DNA of 64,000 nucleotides, from NCBI RefSeq assembly GCF_030028105.1, contig NC_092391.1, positions 8,591,223 through 8,655,222 of the forward strand, written 5' to 3'. This stretch comes from Mobula birostris (lineage: Eukaryota). Position 1 is the stretch's first letter, and each line of letters opens with the position of its first letter. Below are positions 39,735-51,454 of the stretch, one piece after another. A program made the translations under genes and the position numbers. Below the pieces are notes generated by a model. That model saw nothing but the letters and a program-made list of their open reading frames with translations, was not told the origin of the DNA and did no database searches.

Positions 39735-41814
39735 CGCAAACATGAGGAAATCTGCAGATGCTGGAATTTCAAGCAACACACATAAAAGTTGCTGGTGAAC
39801 GCAGCAGGCCAGGCAGCATCTCTAGGATGAGGTACAGTCAACGTTTCGGGCCGAGACCCTTCGTCAGGACTAACTGAAAGAAGAGCTAGTAAGAGATTTG
39901 AAAGTGAGAGAGGGAGGGGCAGATCTGAAATGATAGGAGAAGACAGGAGGGGGAGGGATGGAGGCAAGAGCTGGACAGGTGATTGGCAAAAGGGATATGA
40001 GAGGATCATGGGACAGGAGGCCCAGGGAGAAGGTAAAGGGGGAGGGGGGGGAATCCCAGAGGATGGGCAAGGGGTATAGTGAGAGGGACAGAGGGAGAAA
40101 AAGGAGAGAGAGAAAAAGAATGTGTGTGTATATAAATAAATAAATAACGGATGGGGTACGCGGGGGAGGTGGGGCATTAGCGGAAGTTTGAGAAGTCAAT
40201 GTTCATGCCATCAGGTTGGAGGCTACCCAGACGGAATATAAGGTGTTGTTCCTCCAACCTGAGTGTGGCTTCATCTTTACAGTGGAGGAGGCCGTGGATA
40301 GACATGTCAATGGGAATGGGATGTGGAATTAAAATGCGTGGCCACTGGGAGATCCTGCTTTCTCTGATGGACAGAGAGTAGATGTTCAGCAAAACGATCT
40401 CCCAGTCTGCGTCGGGTCTCGCCAATATATAGGAGGCCGCATCGGGAGCACCGGATGCAGTATATCACCCCAGCCGACTCACAGGTGAAGTGTCGCCTCA
40501 CCTGGAAGGACTGTCTGGGGCCCTGAATGGTAGTGAGGAAGGAAGTGTAAGGGCATGTGTAGCACTTGTTCCGCTTACAAGGATAAGTGCCATGAGGGAG
40601 ATCGGTGGGGAGGGATGGGGGGGGGCGGGAGAGAACGAATGGACAAGGGAGTCGCGTAGGGAGCGATCTCTGCGGAAAGCGCGGGGGGGGGGGAAGAGGG
40701 AAAGATGTGCTTGGTGGTGGGATCCTGTTGGAGCTGGTGGAAGTTACGGAGAATTATATGTTGGACCCGGAGGCTGGTGGGGTGGTAGGTGAGGACAAGG
40801 GGAACCCTATTCCTAGTGGGGTGGCGGGAGGATGGAGTGAGAGCAGATGTGCGTGAAATGGGGGAGATGCGTTTGAGAGCAAAGTTGATGGTGGAGGAAG
40901 GGAAGCCCCTTTCTTTAAAAAAGGAGGACATCTCCTTTGTCCTGGAATGAAAAGCCTCATCCCGAGAGCAGATGCGGTGCAGATGGAGGAATTGCGAGAA
41001 GGGGATGGCAGTTTTGCAAGAGACGGTGAGAAGAGGAATAGTCCAAATAGCTGTGAGAGTCAGGAGGCTTATAGTAGACATCAGTGGATAAGCTGTCTCC
41101 AGAGATAGAGACAGAAAGATCTAGAAAGGGGAGGGAGGTGTCGGAAATGGACCAGGTAAACTTGAGGGCAGGGTGAAAGTTGGAGGCAAAGTTAATAAAG
41201 TCAACGAGCTCAGCATGCGTGCAGGAAGCAGTGCTAATGCAGTCGTCGACGTAGCGAAGGAAAAGTGGGGGACAGATATCAGAATAGGTTTGGAACATAG
41301 ATTGTTCCACAAACCCAACAAAAAGGCAGGCATAGCTGGGACCCATACGGGTGTCCATGGTTACACCTTTAGTTTGGAGGAAGTGGGAGGAGCCAAAGGA
41401 GAAACTTTTAAGAGTAAGGACTAATTCCGCTAGACAGAGCAGAGTGGTGGTAGAGGGGGACTGGTTGGGTCTGGAATCCAAAAAGAAGCGGAGAGCTTTG
41501 AGACCTTCCTGATGGGGGATGGAAGTATATTGGGACTGGACATGCATGGTGAAAATAAAGTGGTGGGGGCCAGGGAACTTAAAATCATCGAAAAGTTTCA
41601 GAGCGTGAGAAGTGTCACGAACATAGGTAGGAAGGGATTGAACAAGGGGGGGATAAAACCGTGTCGAGGTATGCAGAAGTGAGTTCGGTGGGGCAGGAGC
41701 AAGCTGAAACAATGGGCCACCCTGGACAGGCAGGTTTGTGGATCTTGGGTAGGAGGTAGAAACAGGAAGTGCGGGGTGTGGGAACTATAAGGTTGGTAGC
41801 AGTGAATGGGAGAT
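39735..41814 (-). mobile_element. 5'-truncated Penelope-like retroelement (RT + GIY-YIG endonuclease) with 13-bp TSD
   Basis: RT motifs (YLLPKIHK, QTKGVTM, LRYVDD, PFLD) in ORFs spanning 40957-41914. GIY-YIG VIYCIRCSRCGLLYIGETRRRLGDRFAEHL at 40307-40501. CCATTGTTGTTGA duplicated at 39722-39734 and 41815-41827. Confidence 0.95.
39835..39872 (-). ncRNA. Minimal type I hammerhead ribozyme motif in the Penelope terminus
   Basis: UAGUC-CUGACGA-A-GGG-UCUCGG-CCC-GAAA-CG-UU-GACUG: stem I UAGUC/GACUG, stem II GGG/CCC, palindromic ACGU helix III. Confidence 0.75.
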
Positions 41815-42726
41815 CCATTGTTGTTGAATTGAGTTTGTAATAACTGATGTGGAATGACTTATTACCTTCACACTTGATCAATCTGTATTCTGACTCACGG
41901 ATAACAAGACCCAAAAACAGCAGATGAATAGAGAAGCCACTAAAAAATAAAAATCCTCATTCAAACTATCAAAGGACATTACTTTAAAATTAAATTCCTT
42001 CAAATTTGTACAAAACACAATCTGTACACTAGGATGAATGATCTATCATGAACAAATTATTTGAATCAGAGGTACAGAGGAACAAATTTATGCAACGGTA
42101 GAGTGTAAGATTGCAAGACTATTCGATTATGGTTGATTTATTATCATTCTCAACCTCATTCTCCAGGCTTCTTCCCATAACTTTTGATGCCCTGACTAAT
42201 CAAGAATCTATCAAACTCCACTTTAACTATAGCAAATGACTGGACCTCCACAGCTGTCTGCAGCAATGAATTCCACAGATTCATCACCCTCTGGCTACAG
42301 AAATTCCTCATCTCTGTTCTAAAGTCCCAGACTCACCATTACAATTCTAGCCATGTACTTCAGAAAGGATATGAAGGTTTTGAAAAATTACAGAAGACTC
42401 TTTCAAGTATGTGTACAGGAATGAGGAATCATTGTTAAGTTAATGGAATAGCTGGTGCGTCCCGGAAGCAATATGATTGAGGTATTTGCATATTAAAATA
42501 AGGACAAATGAAAAACAAATTAAGATTTCGACTCACTGAATAGTCATTAACCACATTCAATACACTATGAACTAATTGGATTAAGAACCAGAAATAACAT
42601 GAGGAAAATACTTCCTCTATACACATGGGTCAAGTGATAATGAAGTAATTGATTCAGCCTCAATAGAAAGCAATTGAATAAGCAGAATCAGGTTTACTGG
42701 CATGTTGTGAGCTATGTACATACATC

Positions 42727-43275
42727 TACTGATGCTTCTGGACACATCTTCAGTGACGTTCCTGGAATCATCGGGTGTTTCGGGTCTTTCAACATCATAC
42801 AACCTCCTCCAGGTGACCCAGCCGGGGCTGATCAGACCCCAGCTTGTGTCCAGATGGCTAGCTACTTATGACTCCATGGCTGCCCTCTTTTGAGTCACAG
42901 CCATCTTGAGGCCCTCTCTGCCGCATCGGTGGTACTGCAGATGGCTCTCCTCTTCCCCTCTCCCTCGATGCCCAAAATGCTGAAGGCTCTAACTAAGGAA
43001 CGGGCTGCGAATCCCCTACAACCACCCTCCACTGGGAGATACCTCATTCTCCATCCAGCCTGCTGACAGTTGCTGACCAGTCCTGCGTACTTGGAGAGCT
43101 TCCTTTCAAAGGCCTCTTCCAAGCTATCTTCCCATGGGACTGTCAGCTCCAGCAGCACCACTTGCTTAGTAGACCAGACACTAGGACAATGTCTGGTCGC
43201 AGGGTGGTGGCTGCGATATGGTTGGGGAACTTCAGCTGCCCTTTGAGGTCCACCAACAGTTGCCAGTCCCTTGCA
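42727..43275 (-). mobile_element. R2-Hero/NeSL-type non-LTR retrotransposon 3' fragment (restriction-like endonuclease end + 3' UTR)
   Basis: ORF 42895-43326 contains LLELTVPWEDSLEEAFERKLSKY...PVEGGCRGF...AERASRWL, the PD-(D/E)xK RLE C-terminus typical of Hero elements. Confidence 0.85.
42741..42804 (-). ncRNA. Candidate non-circularly permuted hammerhead ribozyme
   Basis: GGUUG-UA^-UGAUGUU-GAAA-GACCC-GAAA-CACCC-GAUGAUUCCAGG-AACGUCA-CUGAAGA-UGUGUC: CUGAnGA, GAAA and GUH cores with all three helices present. Confidence 0.6.
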
Positions 43276-44942
43276 GAGGGATAGCAAAAAAGGAAAAAAA
43301 AAGTGAGGTAGCAGTGATTGGTTCATTGTCCATTCAGAAATCTGATGACAGAGGGGACAAAGCTGCTACTGGAACATTGAGTGTGTGTCTTCAGGCTCCT
43401 GTAACTCATCCTTGATGGTAGCAATGGGTAATGGGGATCCTTAATGATGGATGCCACCTTTTTTGGGGACATCACCTATTGAAGGTGCTCTTGATGCTGG
43501 GGAGGTTACTGCCCATGACAGAGCTGGCTTAGTTTACAACTCTCTGTAGCTTTCTCCAAACCTGTACCAGACTGTGATGCACAAGGAGAAAAACATTGCA
43601 AGAATACAGCAAAAAATATTTGGAACGCACCTTCAAAGAGTTGGCACTTATTTAGTTAAGCCAAAAGAACCACCGTGAAATGTTATGCCACAAATAGCCA
43701 TGAGCTACATATGGCTTTCAGGAATCTCAGGTAAATTTAAGTGAATGTCATTAAGCACAAAGACTAATTTATATGACTTTGTGCTTGTTACCCAAAAAAA
43801 GTGAATTTTGACAAATTTGGAATTGCTTTATTTTCTTGGTTAGTGAATGATGATCCAAGGAAAGTAAAATCAGTAAATGTACCCGTGTTGTGTACATGTA
43901 TAGAAGATGCCTTCAACCAGAATTAGACTACATAGGTTAAAGTAGTGTTATTATATGCCTAGTACTATCCTAAGGAAATGACAAAGTATTATGAAATGCT
44001 CTAAGTTATGACCCACCCACAGAGAAAGATTTGGGAACATAGCCAAAAAAATTGGCTGATTTCTTGTTTCTAGAAATTGAAATATACCTATTTATCTTCT
44101 CAGAGGCTATGCGGAATACATCCACAGAGAATAATTAAGTGCAAACACTTGGCAAAACTAGATATTGAAATATGCCAATGCAATAAGTTAATAGATGTTT
44201 CTACCTCTCAGCTTGAATGATTTTGATATATTCTACCATGTTGAGTAAAAGAGGCTGAGATGTTCTTTAACAATTATGTCCCCTATCCTTGAATAATTTT
44301 AAATCATCCAGTGTTATTTTTAATTTAGTAAGAATCCCCTCCGACAACCTTTCTGAAGATGTGAAATATTATCACAAATCAAACTTGAACGCATTCCAAA
44401 CATAAAACATTAATCCAACTTCTGTCTGGATGCAAACTCGATCCAATTCAGAAAGTAATCGAAAACAAGAGTGAACGCTTCTTGTTTGCAGAGGAATGAA
44501 AAGCTCCAAAAGGTTCTTCCGGCTAACTCCAAACAAACAAACTAAAAAAGAAACAGCGTCCCTCCTTAAATCTTCGCCACCAGCAGACACCGCACAAATT
44601 TAACTACGCGATCATGACTTCCTGTTGTCTTCAGAGACGCTAGTTTAGACGGAGAGCTGTTCATTGGCGGTACCCTCGACCAGTGAGGATGGGCGGTGTT
44701 TATGCAAGGCTTTTTTTAAATCTGGGATAAGTCCAGGGGCAAGACTAATGGTCGACGCGGTGAGCCAGCTGCCCTCATTCTCCTTATAAAGAAGAGCTCA
44801 GAGCAACCGCACAGGGCCTCAGATACAAGGCAGAGCCCCAATTTGACAGCTCGCACGAGTTCACCCGCCAGCCAAAGGCTAGCACGGCCGACCAGGAAGG
44901 CGGGCGTGGAGTTAAAGGAGGAGGAAATGCACAACTCGTTAC

Positions 44943-45017
44943 CTTCAGGTCATTTTCCGGGAGATACTTGCACTGCCGTGCTATCTCCACATACTTGTCC
45001 AGGTCCAGAGGCGCCAT
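44943..45017 (-). CDS. PPP6C: PPP6C exon 1 coding part ([25 protein letters not shown])
   Basis: AAAATGGCG start context and AAG|GTAACG donor. The exons sum to 918 nt = 305 aa + stop, as in vertebrate PPP6C. Confidence 0.98.
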
Positions 45018-45360
45018 TTTGGGACACTGACTGAACGGCCCCTCCGGGCCGGTGACGCGTTTCCGGTCCTCTCGACCCTCCCGATTCCCACCGCCGCCGC
45101 GGCACTCCGCTTTTCCCGACTCCTGCCGCTGCTCGCCGATTCTCCCGACTCCCTGCCGGCCCAATCGCTCACTCGGTGGTGGCCGGCTTCCCCCTTTTCC
45201 GGTTCCCTCGAATCAACGCCGCTCTCTGATTGCCTCACGCGCCGGGCGCCTCCTTCTCCATTGGTCACCGCGGGGAGGGGCGGGGGTGAAAGTTCAGGGG
45301 TCGCCGATCGTCGCAGCAGCGCCGGCGCAAGGCGAGGAGTTGGCATGGAGCCGTGAAGGT
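45018..45360. promoter_or_regulatory. Bidirectional CpG-island promoter for PPP6C and RABEPK, including non-coding RABEPK exon 1 (donor GTAAGT at 45361)
   Basis: CpG-rich ~44560-45370. CCAAT near 45161, ATTGG near 45260, GC box GGGGCGGGG near 45277. No other CpG island precedes the RABEPK ATG exon. Confidence 0.75.
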
Positions 45361-46794
45361 GTAAGTACCGCATAATAGAGAAAAAAAACAGATGTGGGAA
45401 ATCTTGACCACACACAAGATGCTGGATATCGGACGGTATCTATGGTGGGGAATAAACAGGATTGAAAAGGAAGTGGGTAGAAAACAAAGAAAGAAGGTGG
45501 GGAGGGGGTGGTCCTCTTACCCCTTCTCTTCCCCTGCTCATCACCTCCCTCTGTTTTCCCACCTCCTTTTCTTTATTCCATGGTCTATTCTTCTATTGGA
45601 TTCAGCCCTTTAGCTCTTCCACCTACCTCCACCCAGCTTTTCACAACATTTTCCCTCACCTGGGCTTCCTGCTTACTTTTAAGCCAATTTCCTTCTAGTG
45701 CTCACCTATCACATGGTCCATTTCTAGTTCCTGTCTTGATCTTAGCCACAAACAAGCATTACAAGTCAGCTTTTTGTGGATGGAACTCCTGGCCTTTCAC
45801 TCCTGGACACTATATAAATTCTCCATCGTTAGGTAAGTTGTTCTTCCATCTGTATTAGAACTAGCCATTCCTGCATTCACGCAGTTGTGATTTCAGGCTC
45901 AGCTTTTCTCTCTTTATTACTATAACCAGTCCTGCCATCAGCAACACCTAACACAGACAAAGGAGAATAGTCATTCTCCAACTGCACCATTAATACTATT
46001 AATGGTACCCATCACTCTCCAAATGACCCTCTGGGCACATAACCACAGTCTTGCGATCAGTAACTCCTTATGCAGACAAAGGAGCATAATCACTCTCTCG
46101 TATCTCCCTTAACCAATTTGACCTAGATCCCCTCTATCATAGATAATTCCTTTGTCTCATCCATTCTTCTATCTTGTTCTCCTTGAATTACCTTTCTTTT
46201 ATGTCTCCCAGTTCTGCCAGTGATCTCTGATCTGAAACTTTTAACAGCTGCTTAGCCTATTGAAAATTTCCAGCATTTTATGTTTCTGTTTCAGATTTCC
46301 AATAACTACAATTTGTTTATTTTTCTTTTGAAGGAGAGGAGTTGTATTATTCCCTTGACCTGGTATTCATTGAGGGATCACTATAGAGAGGAACGATTTT
46401 GATCAGGCATAGGGACGATCCTTCCACTGAATGGAAGAGGAACTAGGTGGTGTTGCACCAGATAAACTGTACAGAACTTTGTTGATTAGGGCTACAAGAT
46501 AGAGTACACTCCACCCACCTCTTTTGGAGTTTTCAGTAGGACCAGAAGATTTAGCAACAGAATGAGGCCATTGTGCTATTGAGTCTGCTCTGCATTCAAC
46601 CAAGGCTTATAACTCTTTCTTAACACAATTCTCAACGTAACCTTTAATGCCCTAACTAATCAAGAACCTATCAACTCTGGTTTAAATAGCTTGGCCTCCA
46701 CAGCCACCTGTGACAATGAATTCTACAGATTCATCACCCTCGGGCTAAAGAAATTCCTCCTCCTCTCTGTTCTGAAGTACAGCTATCTGTTGCA

Positions 46795-47690
46795 ACCAGA
46801 TTGAAAGTACATTTATTATCGAAGGATATGTACAGAATATGACTCTCAGATGCGTCCTCCTGCAGGCAGCTATAAGCAAAAAAGAAGCACTGTGGAACCT
46901 GCTCAAGAAAACACAAACGCACGAAAAATGAACAAATTGTGCAAATGGCAAAAAGCGAGTAAACAACACATAGAATATGAAACGTCAAACCAGCAGTATT
47001 CAGTTTAGTTCAGTTCAGTACCACTCTACTACTAGCCCGTACAGGCCACAATGCCATTCTTCACCAAAACAGCCCAGTCCGCATCCATCGTCCCGATCAA
47101 CCCGCTCAGACAGCTTAAAAAAAAGAGGAACCAGAATCCAGGAGCACGTGTGAAATATACCTCAAAGCCTCCCAAAGTGAGTCCATGGCCTGGCAACGTG
47201 GATCCCAAGACTCCTGCCCTTCCCTCCGACAGCAGCTAGCAAGAGGGAGAGGAGGATCGGTCAAACATAAGCAGACGGCGCTGAGCACCCACCTGTCCTT
47301 CGCTCTCGTCCTCATTGACTTTACCCTTGCTCAACAACTCAATTGGAGAGAGGCACCGGAGTCGATCATGGGCTCGTACCCTTAATGCTTCAGTCAGAGA
47401 GAAGCAATGGAGTCGATCATGGGCTCCTGCTCTGTCTCCAGGCTTCCAGGCCACCAGGCCACACACACTCCACTCCAAACCTCATCAAACTCCCTCGGAG
47501 ATGGCAAAGAACCAGATCACACAATCAGCCCAAAAAACACATCATCAAAATGTAAATTATAGGTTCCAATCACACACAGCGTAGTAGTAGAATCATATTT
47601 GAAAGGACAAGAAGTAAAATAAGTTGTTTCGTGAACTGTCTGCAGGACATCACTGTTGGTCATGTCCCCTGACGCTATCTTGACCACCCA
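46795..47690 (-). mobile_element. Non-autonomous LINE-dependent (Rex1/Babar-tailed) element inserted in a CR1 fragment
   Basis: AATAAATGTACTTTCAA 3' end and CAAGATAGCG 5' end. CR1 sequence lies on both sides (46545-46780 / 47710-47810). Internal direct repeat GGAGTCGATCATGGGCTC. Confidence 0.55.
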
Positions 47691-47819
47691 ATGGCTATTC
47701 ACCACCCAAATTCATTTTCATCTCTGTTCTAAAGGGGAATTTATTTATTCTGAGGCAGTGTCCTCTGGTCCTAGGCTCTCCTCCCACTACTGGAAACATC
47801 CTCTCTGAGGTGGGGAAGG

Positions 47820-48044
47820 GCGAACGTCAACTCAGACCATGAGGGGCCTGTGTCGGGCATTTTCATGCCTTACAAGGCGCAGATTGGAAGTATGTGTGGG
47901 GCGCCACTCCTCGCACAGACACTAGAGCAATGTGTGATTGAGTGCCTTGCTCAAGGACACAAATATGCTGCCTGCCACAGCTGAGGCTCGAACTAGCGAC
48001 CTTCAGATCACTAGACGAACACCTTAACCATTTGGCCATGTGCC
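47820..48044 (-). mobile_element. tRNA-derived CORE-type SINE
   Basis: A box TGGCCAAATGG, B box AGTTCGAGCC, CORE-like GTGTCCTTGAGCAAGGCACT. Confidence 0.75.
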
Positions 48045-48499
48045 TAACACTAAGGTGATCCCCCAGTAAATATCAAGGGAATCATGCAGCCCCTCATCTT
48101 CAAGTGTCTATTCTATCCCGTACTCACTTTTTCTCTATTAATATTGCTAAGGTTGATAGCTAGACGTTAGCACATTGGTATTTATAGGAGGTGGTTGAAT
48201 GCAAATTGTTGTATATTTCCTACATTTCAATTCCAAAATAATCATTGGCTTTGAAGAACTCTTGAGGTTATGAAATGTGTAACAGGAGTGCACTTTTTAA
48301 TGTCAGTGTGATTTTGTTTTGAAGTACAAAGTATTGTAATAACACAGAAGTTTAGATCTCCAGTATGCTACATGATAGAAGAATTTCAGTTTCATGTTTT
48401 AATCGATTTGGGAATTAATTATGAGACATTTTATACATGGAACACAAAAGGGTAATTGCCTACTGACTGCTCATTTTATTCCAGCTTTCTCAAGTGGTT

Positions 48500-48552
48500 A
48501 TGGGTTTGTTGCCTGTCTTGGAGCCAGACGAAATTCCCCAAGGAGCAATATG
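48500..48552 (+). CDS. RABEPK: Rab9 effector protein with kelch motifs (p40), first coding exon (MGLLPVLEPDEIPQGAIW)
   Basis: Acceptor TTCCAG at 48484 and TG|GTAGGA donor. Matches the RABEPK N-terminus LPVLEP. Confidence 0.92.
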
Positions 48553-48639
48553 GTAGGATCTCAGTGCATTTGTATCCTTTGACTATCAGTGATCAGATTA
48601 TGATCAATTGGCTATGTGATCTAAATCATTTCAATGACG

Positions 48640-49919
48640 ATAGGTTCTGGTTAATTGGTCCATTGGTTAATCGGGACAGCTGCTTATTTGGGGCAACTCT
48701 TAGATAACAAAAAGTAATAAAGTAATTGAGAAAATAACCAGGGTTCCTTTTGTTTACTTGGGACACTATGCTGCTGAATTGAGATAGGAGACTCTTGTCA
48801 CACAGCTTCTAATGAGCATCAGTCATGTGAACTTATGTCACCATTGAACAATTAGAGTGAACAGTTTTTAAATTATGTCATTTGCCTGTCTTTTGTGTTC
48901 AAAAAGCAATGGTATTTTGGCACGAATGATAAGAACTAAGCAGTAAGGCCACTGAGAGTTGTTTTGCTCACTGTGGTTTCAAGCATTCCGGCTTAGAGAT
49001 GCCAGGAATGGCCAGGAATGAAAATGAAACTGTTCCAAGTTAGGGATGATGAAGAATTTGAAGAAAAGAATAATCACTTTGAATGTGATAAGGAAAATGA
49101 AGATTTGGATGATGCAGTCATCAGAAGTATTGTATGAAGGTTATCCATTATCTGCATGAGGTGTTTGCGCTAATTTTGTTGAATTAATTGAACACTGCAG
49201 TCCTTCGTATCCGAGGATGACGGTGAAGCCTGTGCAGGAGAGTTTTTGAAGTGGAAAAGCGGTTGCACTGGGACTGTTCCACTCTCTCGACCTGGGAAAT
49301 CCCGGTCCGGTGGTACAAGTAGCCATCACAAACTGGAGTCTTTCTTGGCTGCAGAGGATAATCATGGCTTATTTTGTGTCTTTTCATGCTCTTTCCTCTC
49401 TATGAAGTGTTGCTTGGCTTCTTGATTGTTGGATCTCATTATTGATCTTTGACTTCACAAGCTAAGCAAGCATGTCCCTAACTCATCGGTTTAGCTGATT
49501 TAGCTGATCAAAGCGGTATGGCCTTCAAAGGGGTGTGGCTGCTGTCGCATACAAACAGCTACTTTGAGCCACAGGTGAGAGTTGAGTGTTTGATGGGAAC
49601 CCAAGGTGACTGAGCTGCCCCAGAATGAATAGGACAAGCCCTTCCAGCAGTGGTGCTGCCCTTCCCTGGATGGCCCATACATAACAGTGTACACTGCATG
49701 AACTCCTCCGCTGGTAGCTATTAGGAACTGATGACCAGTTTTGTAGTACTGTAATATCATTGGTAATGTTGTAATTTGTTCTGTATTTTATTTAAATACA
49801 TGCATCATTACTCAGTCTTTTTTTAACTCTTTCCTTGAAACCTTGGCTAACTGGGGCAGCCACTTAAATGGGCCAGAATGAACTGGTCCTGATGTGTCCC
49901 AATTAACCAGAAACCACTG
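48640..49919. mobile_element. Tigger/pogo-like MITE interrupted by an RTE-derived element (~49190-49680, minus)
   Basis: Right TIR CCCAATTAACCAGAAACCACTG followed by TA; degenerate left TIR GGTTCTGGTTAATTGG. Confidence 0.6.
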
Positions 49920-51454
49920 TATACCTAATCAATATGTTCAGCTTCCAATTTATTGTCATTCAACTGTACACATGTACATAAACAAAAAAAAAATTCGTCA
50001 GGAGTCAAGGTACAAAACAGTACACTATATATTACATACAGCACATAAAATAATAGCAGGTTAAAAAGTATTTCTCTGTTCTCTATGTACTAGTTTTAGA
50101 ATGATATTTAAGTATTACAAAATATTTTTTAACAAAATATTTCCAAGGAAAGTACTATAAGGTTATACAAATAAAAAGAATGAATTGATTGGTTTCCCTT
50201 TTCTCTTGAAAAGAGGTTGAGGAATATAGAAAAGATATTGGAAGATTTTGATAGGGAAGGTAGAGAATACAATAGAAGAAAACAACGTTCAGGTAAACTG
50301 TCCAGAACTTAATCCGACAAGGGTGACAAAATGAATTCCATTCTGCCTATCCCACTATTAGTTTTCAGTACTTGTTTTGTTTTCTTTCTTGAATCTTCAC
50401 TTTGCACAATTCCACAAATTCAAGTCACCTTCTAATACCTCACCAAAGGGCCTATTATTAATGCTCCAGTAAAATTAATGCTTAAGGGTAAACAAAATGT
50501 TCTACCAGAGAGTCTGCCGTAGCCAAGAACAATTCTTTTTTTTAACGTGGAATCTATCCATACCTCTGATTCCACAAATTCTGTAAATTATCAGGAATTC
50601 TCTGGTCATTTGAAATCATGGAGTCTGAATTCCCCATGCCAACCAAGTTACCTTCTTGAGCTCGTCCCATTTGCTTGTGTTTGACCCAGACACCTTTTCT
50701 ACCCATGAACCTGTCTTGAATATTGTTATTATACTTGTCTCTATCACTTACTCTGACAGCTCGTTTCATCTACCCACTACCCTTTGTGTGAAAAATATTG
50801 TGACCACCTTGTAAATGCTCCTAGCAATTATACACCTCTCTAGGCTGCCTCACGACAGAGGAACAATGGCCCAGCTTATCGAGTCTCTCCTTTATAGTTC
50901 AAGCCCTTTGGTTCTGGTATCATTGTTGGTGAATCTTTTCTGCACCCTTTCCAGCTTAATGACATAATTTCTAAAGTTAGGTGGCTAAAATTGCACACAG
51001 CATTCTAAATGAGGTCTCACCAATGACTTATACAGTGGTAACATCATATCCTGATGCTCTTGACGGAAGAAGGCTAACGAGTCAAAATCTTTCTTCACTA
51101 TCCTGACTACCTGTTGTCAGCACTTTCAAGGAACTATGTACTTGTATCCTGAGGTCATAAAACTCTGACTTCTGAAAACCATTAGATCTCAGTAGGAAAA
51201 GTTTGATCTTTATTATGAAGAATACTATTGATCAATTTGCTGATCGTTAATTTGAATGGATCAAATTTACATTTTTGTGGTATTGGCGAATCTACTGCAT
51301 GTTATTGTAAGGAAAGATGTGAGCTTTATTTGTCACATGCATTGGAACATTGAGAGATACAATGAAATGCGTTGTTTGCTTCAACAACCAATGCAGTGCG
51401 AGGATGTGCTGGGGGCAGCCCGCAACTATCGCTATTTTTCCGGCGCATAGCTAC

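Noticed and set aside
39548-40199. 209-aa and 109-aa ORFs (also 55009-55449 and 26280-26654)
   Set aside because: Translations of the pyrimidine-rich non-coding Penelope terminus.
44784-45164. 126-aa ORF suggesting an N-terminally extended PPP6C
   Set aside because: It starts at a non-ATG codon in the GC-rich promoter and reads through the exon-1 donor. The conserved start is MAPLDLD at 45017.
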